DNA from: an uncultured Clostridia bacterium
Lineage (GTDB): Bacteria > Bacillota > Clostridia > Peptostreptococcales > Anaerovoracaceae
Direction: 5' to 3'
DNA: 64,000 bases
NCBI GenBank assembly: GCA_945830395.1
Contig: CALZYE010000005.1
Location: 19,601-83,600, forward strand
Within the stretch, counting starts at the first letter, position 1. Every line of letters starts with the position of its first letter. Made by a program: the position numbers and the translations under genes. Of the stretch, positions 26,061-36,344 are shown one piece after another. Under the pieces are notes generated by a model that had not been told where the DNA came from, did no database searches, and saw only the letters and a program-made list of their open reading frames with translations.

Positions 26061-27200
26061 ATGTACAAAGAAGCACTTAGGGCTGCTTGGGCAGAAATCA
26101 ATTTAAAAAACTTTGATTACAATGTTAAACAAATTAGAGCAAAGATGGGTAACGACAGGGAATTTATCGGCGTTATCAAAGCGGATGCTTACGGACACGG
26201 CGCAGTTCAGTGTGCACAGATTTTAAGAGAAAACGGTGTGAAAACCTTTGCCGTTGCAACGATTCAAGAGGCTATCATCCTTAGAAACGCAGGCGCTTGC
26301 GAAAGGATAATCTGTCTGGGATTAACCCCTGATATGTATGTGGATTCGCTTATCGACTACGATTTGATTCCCGTTGTCTGCGATTCATTAAATGCAAAAG
26401 CCATAAGTCAGGCTGCCGCTGCAAAAGGAAAATTCATAGACTGTCTGATAGCAATTGATACAGGAATGGGAAGAATCGGTTATCTTGCAGATGACCTGAG
26501 CTTCGCAATCGAGGACATTAAGCGCATCGCCGTTTTGCCGAATGTGAGGATTTTGGGTTTATTCTCCCATCTTGCAACTGCCGACGCCTACGATAAATCC
26601 TTCTCCCACGAGCAGGAGATGAAATACAAGAGATTCTACGAAGCAGTTACTGCGGCAGGGATTCCGCTGCCTTTCAGGACTCTTGCAAACAGCGCCGCAA
26701 TTATGGAGCTGCCTACAATGCTGTTTGACGGATGCCGCCCGGGAATTATTCTATACGGACAATATCCTTCACAGGAAGTAGACAGAAGCAAACTGGACAT
26801 AAAACCCGTAATGCAGATTAAGGCAAATATACTTCATCTAAAATTCGTGCCTGCAGGTTTCTCCTGCGGATATGGAAGAAAATTCGTAGCGGAGAGACCT
26901 TCAACAATTGCAACTGTCGGTCTTGGATACGCAGACGGCTATCCTCGCCCCTTCTCTGCAAATGCCAAGGTCATCGTAAACGGAAGGATTTGCAAGGTTG
27001 CAGGAAATATATGCATGGATCAGTTCATGGTGGATGTGACAGATGTTCCCGGTGTAAAGACCGGCGACGAAGTAATCGTCATGGGTACAGACGGAGTTAA
27101 CACCATTACGGCCGACGACATTGCAAACGCAACAGGAACCATCAACTACGAAATTACTTGCGCTTTCGGACAGAGGCTGCCGAAGGTATTCGTAAAATAA
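26061..27200 (+). CDS. alr: Alanine racemase
   Basis: VIKADAYGHG PLP lysine; GYADG; CMDQ. Confidence 0.95.
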   Translation: MYKEALRAAWAEINLKNFDYNVKQIRAKMGNDREFIGVIKADAYGHGAVQCAQILRENGVKTFAVATIQEAIILRNAGACERIICLGLTPDMYVDSLIDYDLIPVVCDSLNAKAISQAAAAKGKFIDCLIAIDTGMGRIGYLADDLSFAIEDIKRIAVLPNVRILGLFSHLATADAYDKSFSHEQEMKYKRFYEAVTAAGIPLPFRTLANSAAIMELPTMLFDGCRPGIILYGQYPSQEVDRSKLDIKPVMQIKANILHLKFVPAGFSCGYGRKFVAERPSTIATVGLGYADGYPRPFSANAKVIVNGRICKVAGNICMDQFMVDVTDVPGVKTGDEVIVMGTDGVNTITADDIANATGTINYEITCAFGQRLPKVFVK

Positions 27201-27326
27201 CAGCTGCCGGGATAATTTTAAGGCAACTGAAATTAGTTTAACATTCAGAATATCAGCCACCGATTCGGTGGCTTTTACTGTTCAAAACAGTGTATTTTCA
27301 TGTTATACTATCGTGGGGAGGCTTAT

Positions 27327-28106
27327 ATGCAAACAACACCTTGGCAAAAAGAATGGAATAGGATGCAGCGACGAGAATACGCTTTTTTACATAAAGGAAG
27401 GTTCCAAAAGCCTTCTAAGCTAACAGCGCTTTTAGAGTCAAAAGTTCCGGATTCAATGCAAGATAAACTAAATAGAGGTTTTGCAAAGGCATTTGAGCTC
27501 ATATTTGAGAAGGGCACCGGCATAATAGAAAAGACTTATGACAAAGAAAGTATCAGAGAGAGATTTGAAGACTACGAAGAAACAGCCAAGATCAAAGGCG
27601 ACCGGGACTCTTTAAAACAGTTTTCTAAAAACGCGGAAAGCTCAGGAAATGCAAATCTTCTATTTTCCGGAAGTGCAGGAATCGGTATGGGAATTGCGGG
27701 AATCGGAATCCCGGACATTGTGATTTTTACAGGTTCTATGCTCAAGGGAATCTATCAGGTCGCCCTGAATTTCGGATATAGCTACGATACACCGGAAGAA
27801 AAATTTTTCATTCTGAAAATCATTGAAGTATCTCTCAGCAAAGGAAAAACTCTTGACCAAGGGAATACCCACTTAAACGAAGTAATAGAAAATGGTGTGA
27901 TGCTCCCCGGCGGATACGAACAGAAACAGCAGATTGCAATATCCTCAGAAGCAATATCTTCAGAGCTTCTTTACACCAAGTTCCTACAGACAATCCCTAT
28001 TGTAGGCGCCGTTGGCGGTGCCTACGATGCGGTATACATGAAAAAAATTTTAAAATATGCAGAAATCAAGTATCATCGCCGCTTTCTTACGGATCGGGCG
28101 ATATAA
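27327..28106 (+). CDS. EcsC-family protein
   Basis: IGIPDIV.F, KFLQ.IP.VG.VGG. Confidence 0.75.
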   Translation: MQTTPWQKEWNRMQRREYAFLHKGRFQKPSKLTALLESKVPDSMQDKLNRGFAKAFELIFEKGTGIIEKTYDKESIRERFEDYEETAKIKGDRDSLKQFSKNAESSGNANLLFSGSAGIGMGIAGIGIPDIVIFTGSMLKGIYQVALNFGYSYDTPEEKFFILKIIEVSLSKGKTLDQGNTHLNEVIENGVMLPGGYEQKQQIAISSEAISSELLYTKFLQTIPIVGAVGGAYDAVYMKKILKYAEIKYHRRFLTDRAI

Positions 28107-28111
28107 CACAG

Positions 28112-28837
28112 GTGGCCACAATGTGTACATTATTTTATAATGCAAATTTACTAATGACAGACAGTTCCTCAGAAAAATGCAATGCCATAAAGGTCGAAAA
28201 TGGCGTAATCACTTGGATTGGAAGTATAAATCCTTTCCAAAACCCGGATGTTCAGAACCCTGATATTGATATGAAAAACATAGATCTTAAAGGTGCTTAT
28301 GTTCTTCCGGGATTTCTGGACTCGGAGAGCCATACATGCTTTTCAGATTTTTTTACTGCTGTGAAAAACAACGAACTATCCCCTGCCGAACAGGAGGATT
28401 GGCTTGACAATGCTGCGGAGATACTGAAGGACAAGGGGATTTCTTCCCTTATGCTTACACCGGACACCTTTGAAGCAGTTCACTCTCGCAAAAATCGGTT
28501 CCTTATAAGCATTGCAGAACGGGAGGAACTAAATTTTAGCGAATCTGATATGTCTTACGGCTTAGAAGAACCTTTCTCCTCCTTTTACGACAAATTTGAA
28601 AGTGTTCCCGAAGCCTTAAGAAGTCTTACAGCGGATACCTCAGGCGCCTGCCGCAAACTCACGGTAGGTTCTTTCGCCGATTTTTCTATTTTTGAAAAAA
28701 ATCCACTTTTGTCCGGCATGAAATTCTTTGCAAATATCCACTGTATCCGAATCGTAAAATCCGGAAAAACCATATATGATATGGAAGAAGAGGCGGAAAA
28801 TGAGATGTTCGCCTTACTGATGAACCAGACTTTTTAG
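28112..28837 (+). CDS. Short, degenerate amidohydrolase-family protein
   Basis: N- and C-terminal beta-sandwich motifs (IDLKGAYVLPGF.D, G..ADF.I); HxH replaced by ESH; barrel much shortened. Confidence 0.6.
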   Translation: MATMCTLFYNANLLMTDSSSEKCNAIKVENGVITWIGSINPFQNPDVQNPDIDMKNIDLKGAYVLPGFLDSESHTCFSDFFTAVKNNELSPAEQEDWLDNAAEILKDKGISSLMLTPDTFEAVHSRKNRFLISIAEREELNFSESDMSYGLEEPFSSFYDKFESVPEALRSLTADTSGACRKLTVGSFADFSIFEKNPLLSGMKFFANIHCIRIVKSGKTIYDMEEEAENEMFALLMNQTF

Positions 28838-28920
28838 AGATAAATGATACTTGCCCATTTTGCAGAACAGTTCTAACCGGTTGCGAAAAATAAGCTCAAG
28901 AGATAAAAAGAGGTAAAAAG

Positions 28921-29343
28921 ATGAAAAAATTGATAAGCATGGTCATAGTTTTAGTAATTTCCCTTTCCGGCTGCATGCTGCTAACCGGCTGTGGAAAAGA
29001 AAAGGCCCGGCCTGAAGTGACAAATCCGATAGAAATTTTTATTTCCATTGACTATCCTGAAAAAGCGAAAACTCCCGACATGGAAAATTTCAAATTTAAG
29101 GTAGAAAAAAAATCCAATGTTCTGGAAGCCACCGGGCTTTACGCAAGCATGTCAGAAATTCCCCTTTTGGTGGATACCACCAGTAATACCATAACTTCCA
29201 TAAATAAAATTGCAAATAACGATCCGCAATACGACAAGAAAGCAACATGGAAGTTCAAGGTTAACGGAAAGCTTATAGACGGCACGCCTGAATCTAAGAA
29301 GTTATCCGACGGAGATTCAATAGAATGGATATACATGAGATAA
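28921..29343 (+). CDS. DUF4430-like lipoprotein
   Basis: Lipobox LTGC; W.F.VNG......L.DGD.IEW. Confidence 0.7.
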   Translation: MKKLISMVIVLVISLSGCMLLTGCGKEKARPEVTNPIEIFISIDYPEKAKTPDMENFKFKVEKKSNVLEATGLYASMSEIPLLVDTTSNTITSINKIANNDPQYDKKATWKFKVNGKLIDGTPESKKLSDGDSIEWIYMR

Positions 29344-29540
29344 AAAGTTCTCATGGGAAAAATATTTTTGTATTCGTTATATAAAGAATCTGATAAATTT
29401 TATAGCTTTGTAATATTTTTTGAATATATATCGAATTTCTTCACACAATCATCACATAAATGCATTATACTGAATTTGTAAAAGAGTTTGGTATTAAATA
29501 TACCAACTTTCCTTCTTTTATTGAATACACACACTTTCAG

Positions 29541-29575
29541 AAAAATCCCTTCATCTCACGATGAAGGGATTTTTC
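29541..29575. terminator. Bidirectional terminator
   Basis: AAAAATCCCTTCATC...GATGAAGGGATTTTT. Confidence 0.8.
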
Positions 29576-29614
29576 TTTACTTTACAATGTAGCTGCCCTT
29601 TTTAGGGTAAAGAG

Positions 29615-30523
29615 CTATAGAATATGGTTTTCCAAAACCTGCGTTCTGAAATCAAAGTCATTTGTCTGCATATAGTACTGCGCACAGTCTATGAGAGCCT
29701 TCATCGGGCAAAGTCCGATAATCTCTGTCTTTGTCACATGAACGCCATATCTTGCAGCTTCAAACTTAACCGTTTCAACCACTCTGTAAAGAGGTGTCTG
29801 TTCATAGTTTGTCATGTTGCAGGAGACCTGCGCATATTTCTTTCCGGTATCCTCTTCTACGATTTCAAATCCCATAGATTTAACGCATTTGAAGCCGCCG
29901 TCTTTTTCGCGGATAATATTTGCGATTTTCTTTGCAACTTCAACATCCTCCGTATCAAGATTAAGGTTGAAAGCAACCAGAGGCGGTCTTGCTCCAACTG
30001 CCATAACGCCTGCTGTCGGATGTATTCTGCGGCCGCCGAAATCAGGTTCCCAGATTTCTTCCTGAACTTTTTCCGCCATACCCTCAAACTGACCTTTACG
30101 GATTTTAACAAGATTCTGTCTCTCAGGTCTTGTTGCAGAGCTTTCATACAGAAAAACAGGAACCCCTGCTTCATCTGCAATTCTGCTTCCCACAACCTTT
30201 GAAAGTTCTACGCAGTCCTCCGTTGTGCAATCCTTAATAGGAAGGAAAGGCATTACATCAACTGCGCCCATTCTCGGATGCTCACCTTCATGCTTTGTAA
30301 GGTCTATAAGCTCAGCAGCTTTCTTTACCAGTTTGACGCTTGCTTCTTCCACGGATTTTGCATCTCCGATATATGTGATAACTGTGCGGTTATGGCTTTC
30401 GTCTGAGGAATAGTCAAGCAGTGTGCAGCCATTCGTATTTCTGATCTCATCAATACAAGCTTCAATAACCTCAGTGTTTCTGCCCTCACTGATATTTGGA
30501 ATACTTTCAATAATCTGTGCCAT
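29615..30523 (-). CDS. ftcD: Glutamate formimidoyltransferase
   Basis: PN.SEGR, HNRTV, HPRMGAVDV. Confidence 0.95.
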   Translation of the reverse strand: MAQIIESIPNISEGRNTEVIEACIDEIRNTNGCTLLDYSSDESHNRTVITYIGDAKSVEEASVKLVKKAAELIDLTKHEGEHPRMGAVDVMPFLPIKDCTTEDCVELSKVVGSRIADEAGVPVFLYESSATRPERQNLVKIRKGQFEGMAEKVQEEIWEPDFGGRRIHPTAGVMAVGARPPLVAFNLNLDTEDVEVAKKIANIIREKDGGFKCVKSMGFEIVEEDTGKKYAQVSCNMTNYEQTPLYRVVETVKFEAARYGVHVTKTEIIGLCPMKALIDCAQYYMQTNDFDFRTQVLENHIL

Positions 30524-30603
30524 TTTTACCTCCTGATTAACCTTTAATTATATAAATCATAACGCTTTTCAGCGATTTACCCTTTGCATCTTTGTATATT
30601 TAT

Positions 30604-31230
30604 CTATAGTGAAGCGAGAATATCTTCAAAGCATTTCTTTGCGATTACTTCCGCCTCTTCATACATTTTCAGCCCTGCTTCTGTAAACGCTTCAGCCTTA
30701 GCTTCATCCTTTACTCCCGGAAGATTGATTTTAACATTTAACCAAGCTCCGTAGATACACGCCTTAAGCTGTAAAATTCCGACTCCCAAGTCACTTGCAC
30801 AGTTTGGATTTGAATGCCCTACCAGACTTTCTGCAAGTTTCAGTCCCTGAAACCCAAGTTCCATAGTTCTGAAAGGAACTTCTGTAGCGACAAGCGTACC
30901 GTCTGCAATGGCCTGTTTTCTGGCAGCCTTCTCCTCATCTGTATTCTTTGGCATCTTAAAAGCCTTCGAGATAAGGTTAAATGCATCTGTATCTTTATCC
31001 ACAGCTGCGGTAAGCTCCTCGTAAAGAGCTTTTCCCTTTTCCTTTGCATTCAGACAAATATCTTCCATGTCTTTATATTTTTCTTTTCCTAAAGTAAGGT
31101 CGGCAACCATCATAAAGAGAGCACAGCCCTGCGCCCCCGAAAGAGCGCTTACCGAGCCGCCTCCCGGCGCCGGTGCATCTGATTTCAACACTTCTAAAAA
31201 CTCTGTGATTTTCATATCTACTAATTTCAT
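30604..31230 (-). CDS. Formiminotetrahydrofolate cyclodeaminase / cyclohydrolase
   Basis: S.APAPGGGSVSAL; NV.INL. Confidence 0.9.
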   Translation of the reverse strand: MKLVDMKITEFLEVLKSDAPAPGGGSVSALSGAQGCALFMMVADLTLGKEKYKDMEDICLNAKEKGKALYEELTAAVDKDTDAFNLISKAFKMPKNTDEEKAARKQAIADGTLVATEVPFRTMELGFQGLKLAESLVGHSNPNCASDLGVGILQLKACIYGAWLNVKINLPGVKDEAKAEAFTEAGLKMYEEAEVIAKKCFEDILASL

Positions 31231-32465
31231 TATACAATCTTTCCTTTCTTTATAACTGCCTTTGCCATATTGGAGCCGAAGCGGTAGCAAAGCATCTCCA
31301 TGTCAGGAGCATTCCATATAACCATATCCGCCTGCTTTCCAACCTCTAAAGTTCCGACTTTCTCGCCCATGCCTATGGCGCAGGCCGGATTGACGGTAAC
31401 CGCTGTCAAAACCTCCTCAGGAAGAAGTCTGTACTTTATGCATGCCAAGTTCATTACAAACTGCAAATTCATGGAAGGGCATGAGCCCGGGTTGAAGTCA
31501 CTGGCAGCGGCAACGGGGATTCCCATTTCCACCATCTTTCTGGCAGGTGCAAAATCCACTCCAAGATAAAATGAGGTTGCGGGAAGGCACATGGCTGTGG
31601 TGCCGCCTTTCGCCATGGATTTCAGACCTTCCTCGTTGATTGAAATCAAATGCTCTGCGCTTACCGCACCCATTTCTCCCGCAAGCTTTGATCCTCCGAT
31701 GGCCTTGATTTCATCAGCATGAATTTTCAGTTTAAATCCAAGTTCTTTGGCACATTCAAGGTACCTCTTGCTCTGGTCATAATCGAATACCGAGTCCTCG
31801 GTAAAAATATCGGCAAATTCAGCGAGATTATTATCTTTGATGTACGGAAGCATCTTTTCGCATATCATTTCTATAAACGCATCGCCTCTGCCTTTGTATT
31901 CGTCGGGAACTGCATGGGGACCCATGAAGGTGGCAGCCACATCCATCGCATGTTTCTCATTGAGGGTTTTTATCACCTTCAGAAGTTTTATTTCATTGTC
32001 GAAGTCAAGACCGTAGCCGCTCTTTGCCTCACAGGTTGTAACTCCCCATGACATCATTTCATCAAGGAATCCCTCGGTCTTGGAAACCAAGTCCTCCTCG
32101 CTTGCCTCTCTGGTTTTTCTCACGGTGTCGAGGATTCCGCCGCCTGCTCTCAAAATATCCAGATAGGTGGCGCCCTTTATCTTCATTGGAATTTCGTGCT
32201 GGCGGTATCCTCCGAAAACCATATGGGTATGTCCGTCTACAAGCCCCGGCGTTACGAGAGCGCCGCCTGCATCTATAACCTCATCTGCTTTCTCTGAACC
32301 TAACGGAAGCTTCCCCTCAGAAGTAATCTCTTCTATAATTCCATCTACGGCAAAAATCGCGGCATCTCTCAATTTCAAATTCTCACCCTGCAGACTTCCG
32401 CCATGGCTATAGCTTCCCACCGGAGTCTGCAGTATGCCGATATTCTTAATTAAAACTCTTTTCAT
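31230..32465 (-). CDS. hutI: Imidazolonepropionase
   Basis: PGL.DGHTH, E.KSGYGL, HADE, D.NPG. Confidence 0.95.
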   Translation of the reverse strand: MKRVLIKNIGILQTPVGSYSHGGSLQGENLKLRDAAIFAVDGIIEEITSEGKLPLGSEKADEVIDAGGALVTPGLVDGHTHMVFGGYRQHEIPMKIKGATYLDILRAGGGILDTVRKTREASEEDLVSKTEGFLDEMMSWGVTTCEAKSGYGLDFDNEIKLLKVIKTLNEKHAMDVAATFMGPHAVPDEYKGRGDAFIEMICEKMLPYIKDNNLAEFADIFTEDSVFDYDQSKRYLECAKELGFKLKIHADEIKAIGGSKLAGEMGAVSAEHLISINEEGLKSMAKGGTTAMCLPATSFYLGVDFAPARKMVEMGIPVAAASDFNPGSCPSMNLQFVMNLACIKYRLLPEEVLTAVTVNPACAIGMGEKVGTLEVGKQADMVIWNAPDMEMLCYRFGSNMAKAVIKKGKIV

Positions 32466-32468
32466 GGC

Positions 32469-34493
32469 TTACTCCATAAATTTATCAACTACACTGTCGA
32501 TGAGGGAATCCTCCGGAATAAACGGAAGTGTAATGTGTCCTTTACCCTCGTAATTCTTATTGTATTCTGCGGCTGTGGAAAGAGCGTTTTCGTTGCGTGC
32601 CCAGCTTCTTCTGGCAACGCCGCCCATTACATCCCACATAATGGCAGATTTAATAATTTCATCTACTCTTTCTGAACCGTCCAGTAAAAGTCCGAATCCG
32701 CCGTTTACCGACTTTCCGATACCTACGCCGCCTCCGTTATGCAGGGCGCAAAGCGACATTCCGCGAGCTGCATTTCCTGCATAGCACTGGATCGCCATAT
32801 CCGCCATAACATTAGAGCCGTCCTTTATATTGGAGGTCTCTCTGAACGGGGAATCTGTTCCGGATACATCGTGGTGGTCGCGACCCATCATAATAGGCCC
32901 GCATTTACCTTCTCTGACAAGCTTGTTAAATGCAAGGGCGATGTCTCTTCTTCCCTCTGCATCCTGATAGAGAATCCTGGCCTGGGTTCCAACCACCATC
33001 TTGTTCTTCTTTGCATCGCGAATCCAAACCCAGTTATCTCTATCCTGCGCCCGTCTTTCAGGGTTTATGGTATCCATAGCCGCCTTGTCGGTAGCATCCA
33101 AATCTTCCGGTTTTCCCGACAGGCAAACCCAGCGGAACGGTCCATATCCGTAATCGAATAAAACAGGACCCATAATATCTTCTACATAAGAAGGCCAGAT
33201 AAAGCCATCTTTATCATCAATTCCGTTCTTAGAAATCTCCTTTATCCCGGAGTCATACATAGCTTTCATAAAGGAGTTTCCATAGTCAAAGAAGTAACTT
33301 CCCTTCTCTGTCAGCGTTTTGATAGCCTCATAGTGTCTCTTGAGAGTCAAGTCAACCTGCCTGCAAAATTCATCTCTGTCTTTTGCAAGAAGTTCCGTCC
33401 TTTCCTCAAATGTCATATCCACCGGGCAATATCCTCCGTTGTAAACATTGTGGCAGGAAGTCTGATCGGAAAGAAGATCTATGTGGAAATCCTCTTTAAT
33501 GGCTGCTTCCAAAAGGTCTACGATATTTCCGTGATATGCGATGGAGATGCTCTCTTTCTTTTCAAGCTTCTCTTTTGCAAGGACAAAGATTTCCGGTAAA
33601 TCATCCATAACCACATCCACCCAGCCCTGATTATGGCGGGTCTCAATTCTTGAAAGATCGACCTCTGCAAAGATGCCCACTGAATTTGCAATATTTGCAG
33701 CCTTCGGCTGAGCTCCGCTCATTCCTCCAAGTCCCGAGGAAACAAAGGTGTGTCCTGCCAGATCATCCTGCTCTGCAATGCCGAGGTATTTTCTTCCTGC
33801 ATTCAAAATAGTGTTGAAAGTTCCGTGAACGATGCCCTGTGGTCCGATGTACATCCAGCCTCCCGCAGTCATCTGCCCGTAGTTTGCAACTCCCATTTCC
33901 TCTGCTATCTCCCAATCCTCAAGGTTGTCATATTCTCCAATCATCATGGCATTTGTGATTATAACTCTTGGAGCGTCAGGTTTGGATGGGAAAAGTCCCA
34001 GCGGATTTCCGGATTCGACAACCAGCGTTTGATACTCCGTCAACTCTTCCAGATATTTCATAATCAGCCTGTACTGAAGCCAGTTCTGACAAACAGAGCC
34101 TGTTTCTCCATATGTAACAAGTTCATAAGGATACAGTGCAACTTCAAAGTCCAGATTATTGTCTATCATCACCTGAAAAGCCTTACCTGCAAGGCATTTC
34201 CCCTTATATTCATCTATCGGTTTTCCGTAAAGCCTTCCCTCCGGTCTATAGCGATAAGCGTATACGCGACCGTAAGTTTTCAGCTCTTCCATGAATTCAG
34301 GCGCTAATTTTTCGTGCAGTTCTTCCGGAACATAACGAAGTGCGTTCTTAAGCGCAATTTTAGTCTGAGCCTTTGTCAGCCTAAAGCCTCTGTCAGGAGC
34401 ACGGCGGATACCCTCTTCAAAATTTGGATATTCCGGATAAGTCTCATCAAGCTTAATAGTCATGGCACTTTTGATTTCTTTATTATTAAGCAT
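32469..34493 (-). CDS. hutU: Urocanate hydratase (long form)
   Basis: GQMTAGGWMYIGPQGIVHGT, GRDHHD, HNGGGVG. Confidence 0.97.
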   Translation of the reverse strand: MLNNKEIKSAMTIKLDETYPEYPNFEEGIRRAPDRGFRLTKAQTKIALKNALRYVPEELHEKLAPEFMEELKTYGRVYAYRYRPEGRLYGKPIDEYKGKCLAGKAFQVMIDNNLDFEVALYPYELVTYGETGSVCQNWLQYRLIMKYLEELTEYQTLVVESGNPLGLFPSKPDAPRVIITNAMMIGEYDNLEDWEIAEEMGVANYGQMTAGGWMYIGPQGIVHGTFNTILNAGRKYLGIAEQDDLAGHTFVSSGLGGMSGAQPKAANIANSVGIFAEVDLSRIETRHNQGWVDVVMDDLPEIFVLAKEKLEKKESISIAYHGNIVDLLEAAIKEDFHIDLLSDQTSCHNVYNGGYCPVDMTFEERTELLAKDRDEFCRQVDLTLKRHYEAIKTLTEKGSYFFDYGNSFMKAMYDSGIKEISKNGIDDKDGFIWPSYVEDIMGPVLFDYGYGPFRWVCLSGKPEDLDATDKAAMDTINPERRAQDRDNWVWIRDAKKNKMVVGTQARILYQDAEGRRDIALAFNKLVREGKCGPIMMGRDHHDVSGTDSPFRETSNIKDGSNVMADMAIQCYAGNAARGMSLCALHNGGGVGIGKSVNGGFGLLLDGSERVDEIIKSAIMWDVMGGVARRSWARNENALSTAAEYNKNYEGKGHITLPFIPEDSLIDSVVDKFME

Positions 34494-34584
34494 TCTCTAC
34501 CTCCTCTTTCATAAAAATATATTTTCATATGTCTAAAGCATCTGCCGAAACAGGCTTTAGAGTGTATTAAAAATTATTAATTGA

Positions 34585-36126
34585 TTACCTTAGGGTTACC
34601 ACCTTTTCTACAGCTTCCAACAAGGTTCCGTCTTTAATCATCTCGTCAAACTTGATAAGTTCCTGATGCATGATTACATCGCTGTCTATAGGTTTCGACT
34701 TTGTACGAATGAAGTCATAAGCGGCCTTTGTTGCCGGTGCAAGATTCTCAATCCTGCTTTCGCCTATCTCTTCGCGGAGCCAGATTCCCTGCGCTGCAGC
34801 TGCAATTTCAATTCCGATAACTTTCTGTGCATTATCAAGAACCATAGCTGCCGTTCTCGCAGATGTAGTTCCCATGGAAACATGGTCCTCCTGATTTCCC
34901 GATGACGGAATTGAATCGACACAAGCCGGATGGTCATAAATCTTATTTTCTGAAACCATTGAAGCTGCCGCATACTGGGCAATCATAAACCCGGAGCATA
35001 CCCCCGCATGCTTTGTCAGGAATCCCGGAAGTCCCTCTGCCAGCGCCGGATTAATCAATCTTTCAGCTCTGCGTTCAGAAACATTTGCCAGCTCGGAAAC
35101 TGCAATTTTCAGGAAATCAAAGGCCAGCGCCATAGGCTGTCCGTGGAAATTTCCTCCTGAAATCACATCATCGTCATCAGGGAAAACAATAGGGTTATCA
35201 GTCACGGCATTGATTTCCTTTGAAACCGCATCAAATACATATCTGAAAGTGTCTCTGCTTGCACCGTGAATCTGAGGAATACATCTCAATGTGTACGGAT
35301 CCTGAACTTTTGTTTCCTGAATCCTCTTTGCATTTTTGCTTCCTTCAAGAAGTGTGAGAAGGTTGGATGCTACATCGATTTGCCCTTTATGTCCCCTAAG
35401 CTCATGGACTTTATGGTCATACGCCTTTGTAATTCCGTGAAGAGCCTCCAAGGTCATTGCCCCTGCAATATCCGCAATCTTTGCAAGGTTCACCGCATCC
35501 CAAAGAACATTGACGCCTACCGCCGTCATCATCTGGGTTCCGTTGTTGAGAGCAAGACCTTCCTTTGCCACCAGTTTAACAGGAGTAATTCCCGCCTTTG
35601 CCATAGCATCTGCAGCCGGCATAATTTCGCCCTTATACTCAACATCGCCAAGACCGATAAGTCCCAGCGCGATAAAGGATAGCGGCGCAAGGTCTCCCGA
35701 AGCGCCGAGACTTCCCTTGCATGGAACCACCGGATGAATCCCCTCATTCAACATATCTACCAAAGTCTGAACGGTGGAGAGTCTGATGCCGGAATTGCCC
35801 CTTGAAAGGGCATTACATCTAAGAAGCATTGCCGCTCTTACATACTTCTGTTCGTACGGCTCACCCATTCCACATGTATGACTTATAATCAGATTGTGCT
35901 GCAGTTCTGCAGTCTGCTCCATATCTATGAAAACATTTGCAAATTTACCAAAACCTGTTGTAAGCCCATAGATGATTGCACCCTCTTCAAGTTTTTTGTC
36001 AATATATGCTCTGGCTTTGTTTACAGCCGCCTGTGCATCCTCTGAAATTTCGACTTTCTCCATTCCTCTGCAAACGCGAATAACCTCTCCGATAGTAAGG
36101 TTCTTTCCATCAATTACTACTGCCAT
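34585..36126 (-). CDS. hutH: Histidine ammonia-lyase
   Basis: GSLGASGDLAPL (ASG/MIO), QEDHVSM. Confidence 0.97.
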   Translation of the reverse strand: MAVVIDGKNLTIGEVIRVCRGMEKVEISEDAQAAVNKARAYIDKKLEEGAIIYGLTTGFGKFANVFIDMEQTAELQHNLIISHTCGMGEPYEQKYVRAAMLLRCNALSRGNSGIRLSTVQTLVDMLNEGIHPVVPCKGSLGASGDLAPLSFIALGLIGLGDVEYKGEIMPAADAMAKAGITPVKLVAKEGLALNNGTQMMTAVGVNVLWDAVNLAKIADIAGAMTLEALHGITKAYDHKVHELRGHKGQIDVASNLLTLLEGSKNAKRIQETKVQDPYTLRCIPQIHGASRDTFRYVFDAVSKEINAVTDNPIVFPDDDDVISGGNFHGQPMALAFDFLKIAVSELANVSERRAERLINPALAEGLPGFLTKHAGVCSGFMIAQYAAASMVSENKIYDHPACVDSIPSSGNQEDHVSMGTTSARTAAMVLDNAQKVIGIEIAAAAQGIWLREEIGESRIENLAPATKAAYDFIRTKSKPIDSDVIMHQELIKFDEMIKDGTLLEAVEKVVTLR

Positions 36127-36344
36127 AATGATAACTCCTTATTAATTAAACTAAAAATTATTTTTAAATTTTATTTGTGTGAATCGGCAAAATGACGCGC
36201 CAATCCAAGCTATATTATACCTTTTTTTTATTGATTTTGCTACTAATTTTTAAAAGTGTGAAATAATCTTGTACCACTGGATTTTTACAGTTGTATATCG
36301 TATAATGACAGTGAGAAAGTTATCAATACGAGAAAGGAAACGCT

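Noticed and set aside
26061-27200. alr, the L,D-transpeptidase and the two-component system as a glycopeptide-resistance cluster
   Set aside because: The genes are far apart and no D-Ala-D-Lac/Ser ligase, vanH or vanX is present
29460-29575. Possible sRNA between the DUF4430 gene and ftcD
   Set aside because: Only a weak hairpin and an uncertain promoter; the strong hairpin is adequately explained as a bidirectional terminator
29615-36126. Histidine-utilisation cluster with separate formiminotransferase and cyclodeaminase genes as a novelty
   Set aside because: This is the known folate-dependent Hut pathway arrangement of anaerobic Firmicutes
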